A model generated the notes under the pieces. That model did not search any database, had not been told where the DNA came from, and saw only the letters and a program-made list of their open reading frames with translations. Shown here piece after piece: positions 63,151-64,000 of a stretch of 64,000 nucleotides of DNA. Position 1 is the stretch's first letter; each line of letters opens with the position of its first letter. Both the position numbers and the translations under genes were made by a program. The DNA is from an uncultured Bacteroidia bacterium (GTDB lineage Bacteria > Bacteroidota > Bacteroidia > Bacteroidales > UBA932), in assembly GCA_902784785.1 (NCBI GenBank), contig CACZWF010000003.1, forward strand, positions 2,129 to 66,128, given 5' to 3'.

Positions 63151-64000
63151 ATGGATAAGGACCGTCAAAAATGCGACCTGCAGGTGCGGTTGGGGGATTT
63201 GACCCTGAAAAATCCCGTCATTCCCGCCAGCGGAACCTTCGGTTTCGGCTTGGAGATGAAGGAGGTCTTCGACCTGAATCTCTTGGGCGGCATCAGCATG
63301 AAAGGGACGACGCGGGACGCCCGTTTCGGCAATCCTACTCCGCGTATCGCCGAATGCCGCGAAGGAATGATCAATTCGGTGGGCTTGCAGAACCCGGGCA
63401 TCGAGGCGTTGGTCAGCGAAAAGGCGCCGGCTTTGCGGGCGGTGTATGACGGCTGCATCATTGCCAATATCAGCGGCTTTTCCGTGGAGGAATATGTGGA
63501 ATGCTGCCGCCGGGCCGATGCTTGCGCGGCCATCGATATGCTCGAAATCAATGTCTCCTGTCCCAATGTGCACGGCGGGGGAATGGCCTTCGGAACCGAT
63601 CCGGCGATGGCTGCCCAGGTGACTGCCGCCGTCAAACAGGTGACTTCCAAGCCCGTCTATATCAAGTTGAGCCCCAATGTGACGGATATCGTGGCGATGG
63701 CGCGGGCCTGTGAGGAGGCAGGAGCGGATGGTTTGGTACTGATCAATACCCTGCTCGGGATGCGGATCGACATCCGTCGCCGCCAACCCGTGCTGGCCAA
63801 CAAGATGGGCGGCTTTTCCGGTCCGGCCATCTTCCCGCTGGCCCTGCGTATGGTCTATCAGGTGGCTCACACCTGCTCCATTCCGGTCATCGGCTGCGGG
63901 GGCGTGGCGAGCGCGGAAGATGTGATCGAAATGATGATGGCGGGGGCTTCCGCCGTTGAGGTCGGGGCCGAAAACCTCCGTAATCCCTACGCCTGCCGCG
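63151..64000 (+). CDS. pyrD: Dihydroorotate dehydrogenase family 1B catalytic subunit (runs off the window end; not in ORF track)
   Basis: Manual translation from ATG 63151: LKNPVIPASGTFGFG, KGTT, NSVGLQNPG, EINVSCPN, KLSPNV, INTL, GGFSG, IGCGG. Confidence 0.95.
   Translation, partial: MDKDRQKCDLQVRLGDLTLKNPVIPASGTFGFGLEMKEVFDLNLLGGISMKGTTRDARFGNPTPRIAECREGMINSVGLQNPGIEALVSEKAPALRAVYDGCIIANISGFSVEEYVECCRRADACAAIDMLEINVSCPNVHGGGMAFGTDPAMAAQVTAAVKQVTSKPVYIKLSPNVTDIVAMARACEEAGADGLVLINTLLGMRIDIRRRQPVLANKMGGFSGPAIFPLALRMVYQVAHTCSIPVIGCGGVASAEDVIEMMMAGASAVEVGAENLRNPYACR

Noticed and set aside
1-64000. tRNA, rRNA, known riboswitches, prophage or integrase genes, sigma-54 promoters
   Set aside because: None recognised by eye; a tRNAscan-SE or Infernal run would be needed to exclude them formally

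Overview
Genomic window from a GC-rich Bacteroidales bacterium, inferred from the SusC/SusD genes, TAnnTTTG promoters and a Bacteroides-type serine palmitoyltransferase. 1-27.2 kb is an alpha-mannan polysaccharide utilization locus (PUL): SusC, SusD, two SusE-like lipoproteins, GH76, GH125, GH92, two mannose-6-phosphate isomerase-type genes and an MFS sugar transporter. Embedded in it are three large paralogous lipoproteins, each a fimbrillin (type V pilin)-like head followed by tandem copies of a ~240-aa module; one also carries an SGNH esterase and a LamG-like domain. Two of them lie on the minus strand as twin cassettes. Each cassette has the same promoter layout with a 21-bp-spaced direct repeat and is preceded by a small 45/50-aa YExP...AExVFCxPS peptide gene missing from the ORF track. 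This is the best candidate for an undescribed system. 27-64 kb is mostly housekeeping (frr, tyrA, apt, purine uptake, nrdG, rpoN, spt, mutL, tsaC, rsmE, pyrC/pyrK/pyrD). Accessory inserts there are a RAYT transposase with REP palindromes, two HigBA toxin-antitoxin pairs, an internally deleted YhcG gene and a CLec-type lipoprotein whose 3' end resembles a diversity-generating retroelement (DGR) variable region. Other notable items: a duplicated 9-codon uORF plus terminator leader in front of pyrC and pyrD (candidate UTP-sensing attenuator), and an rpoN broken by an internal frameshifting deletion. No rRNA, tRNA or CRISPR array was recognised. Family assignments come from motif recognition only; no database searches were run.
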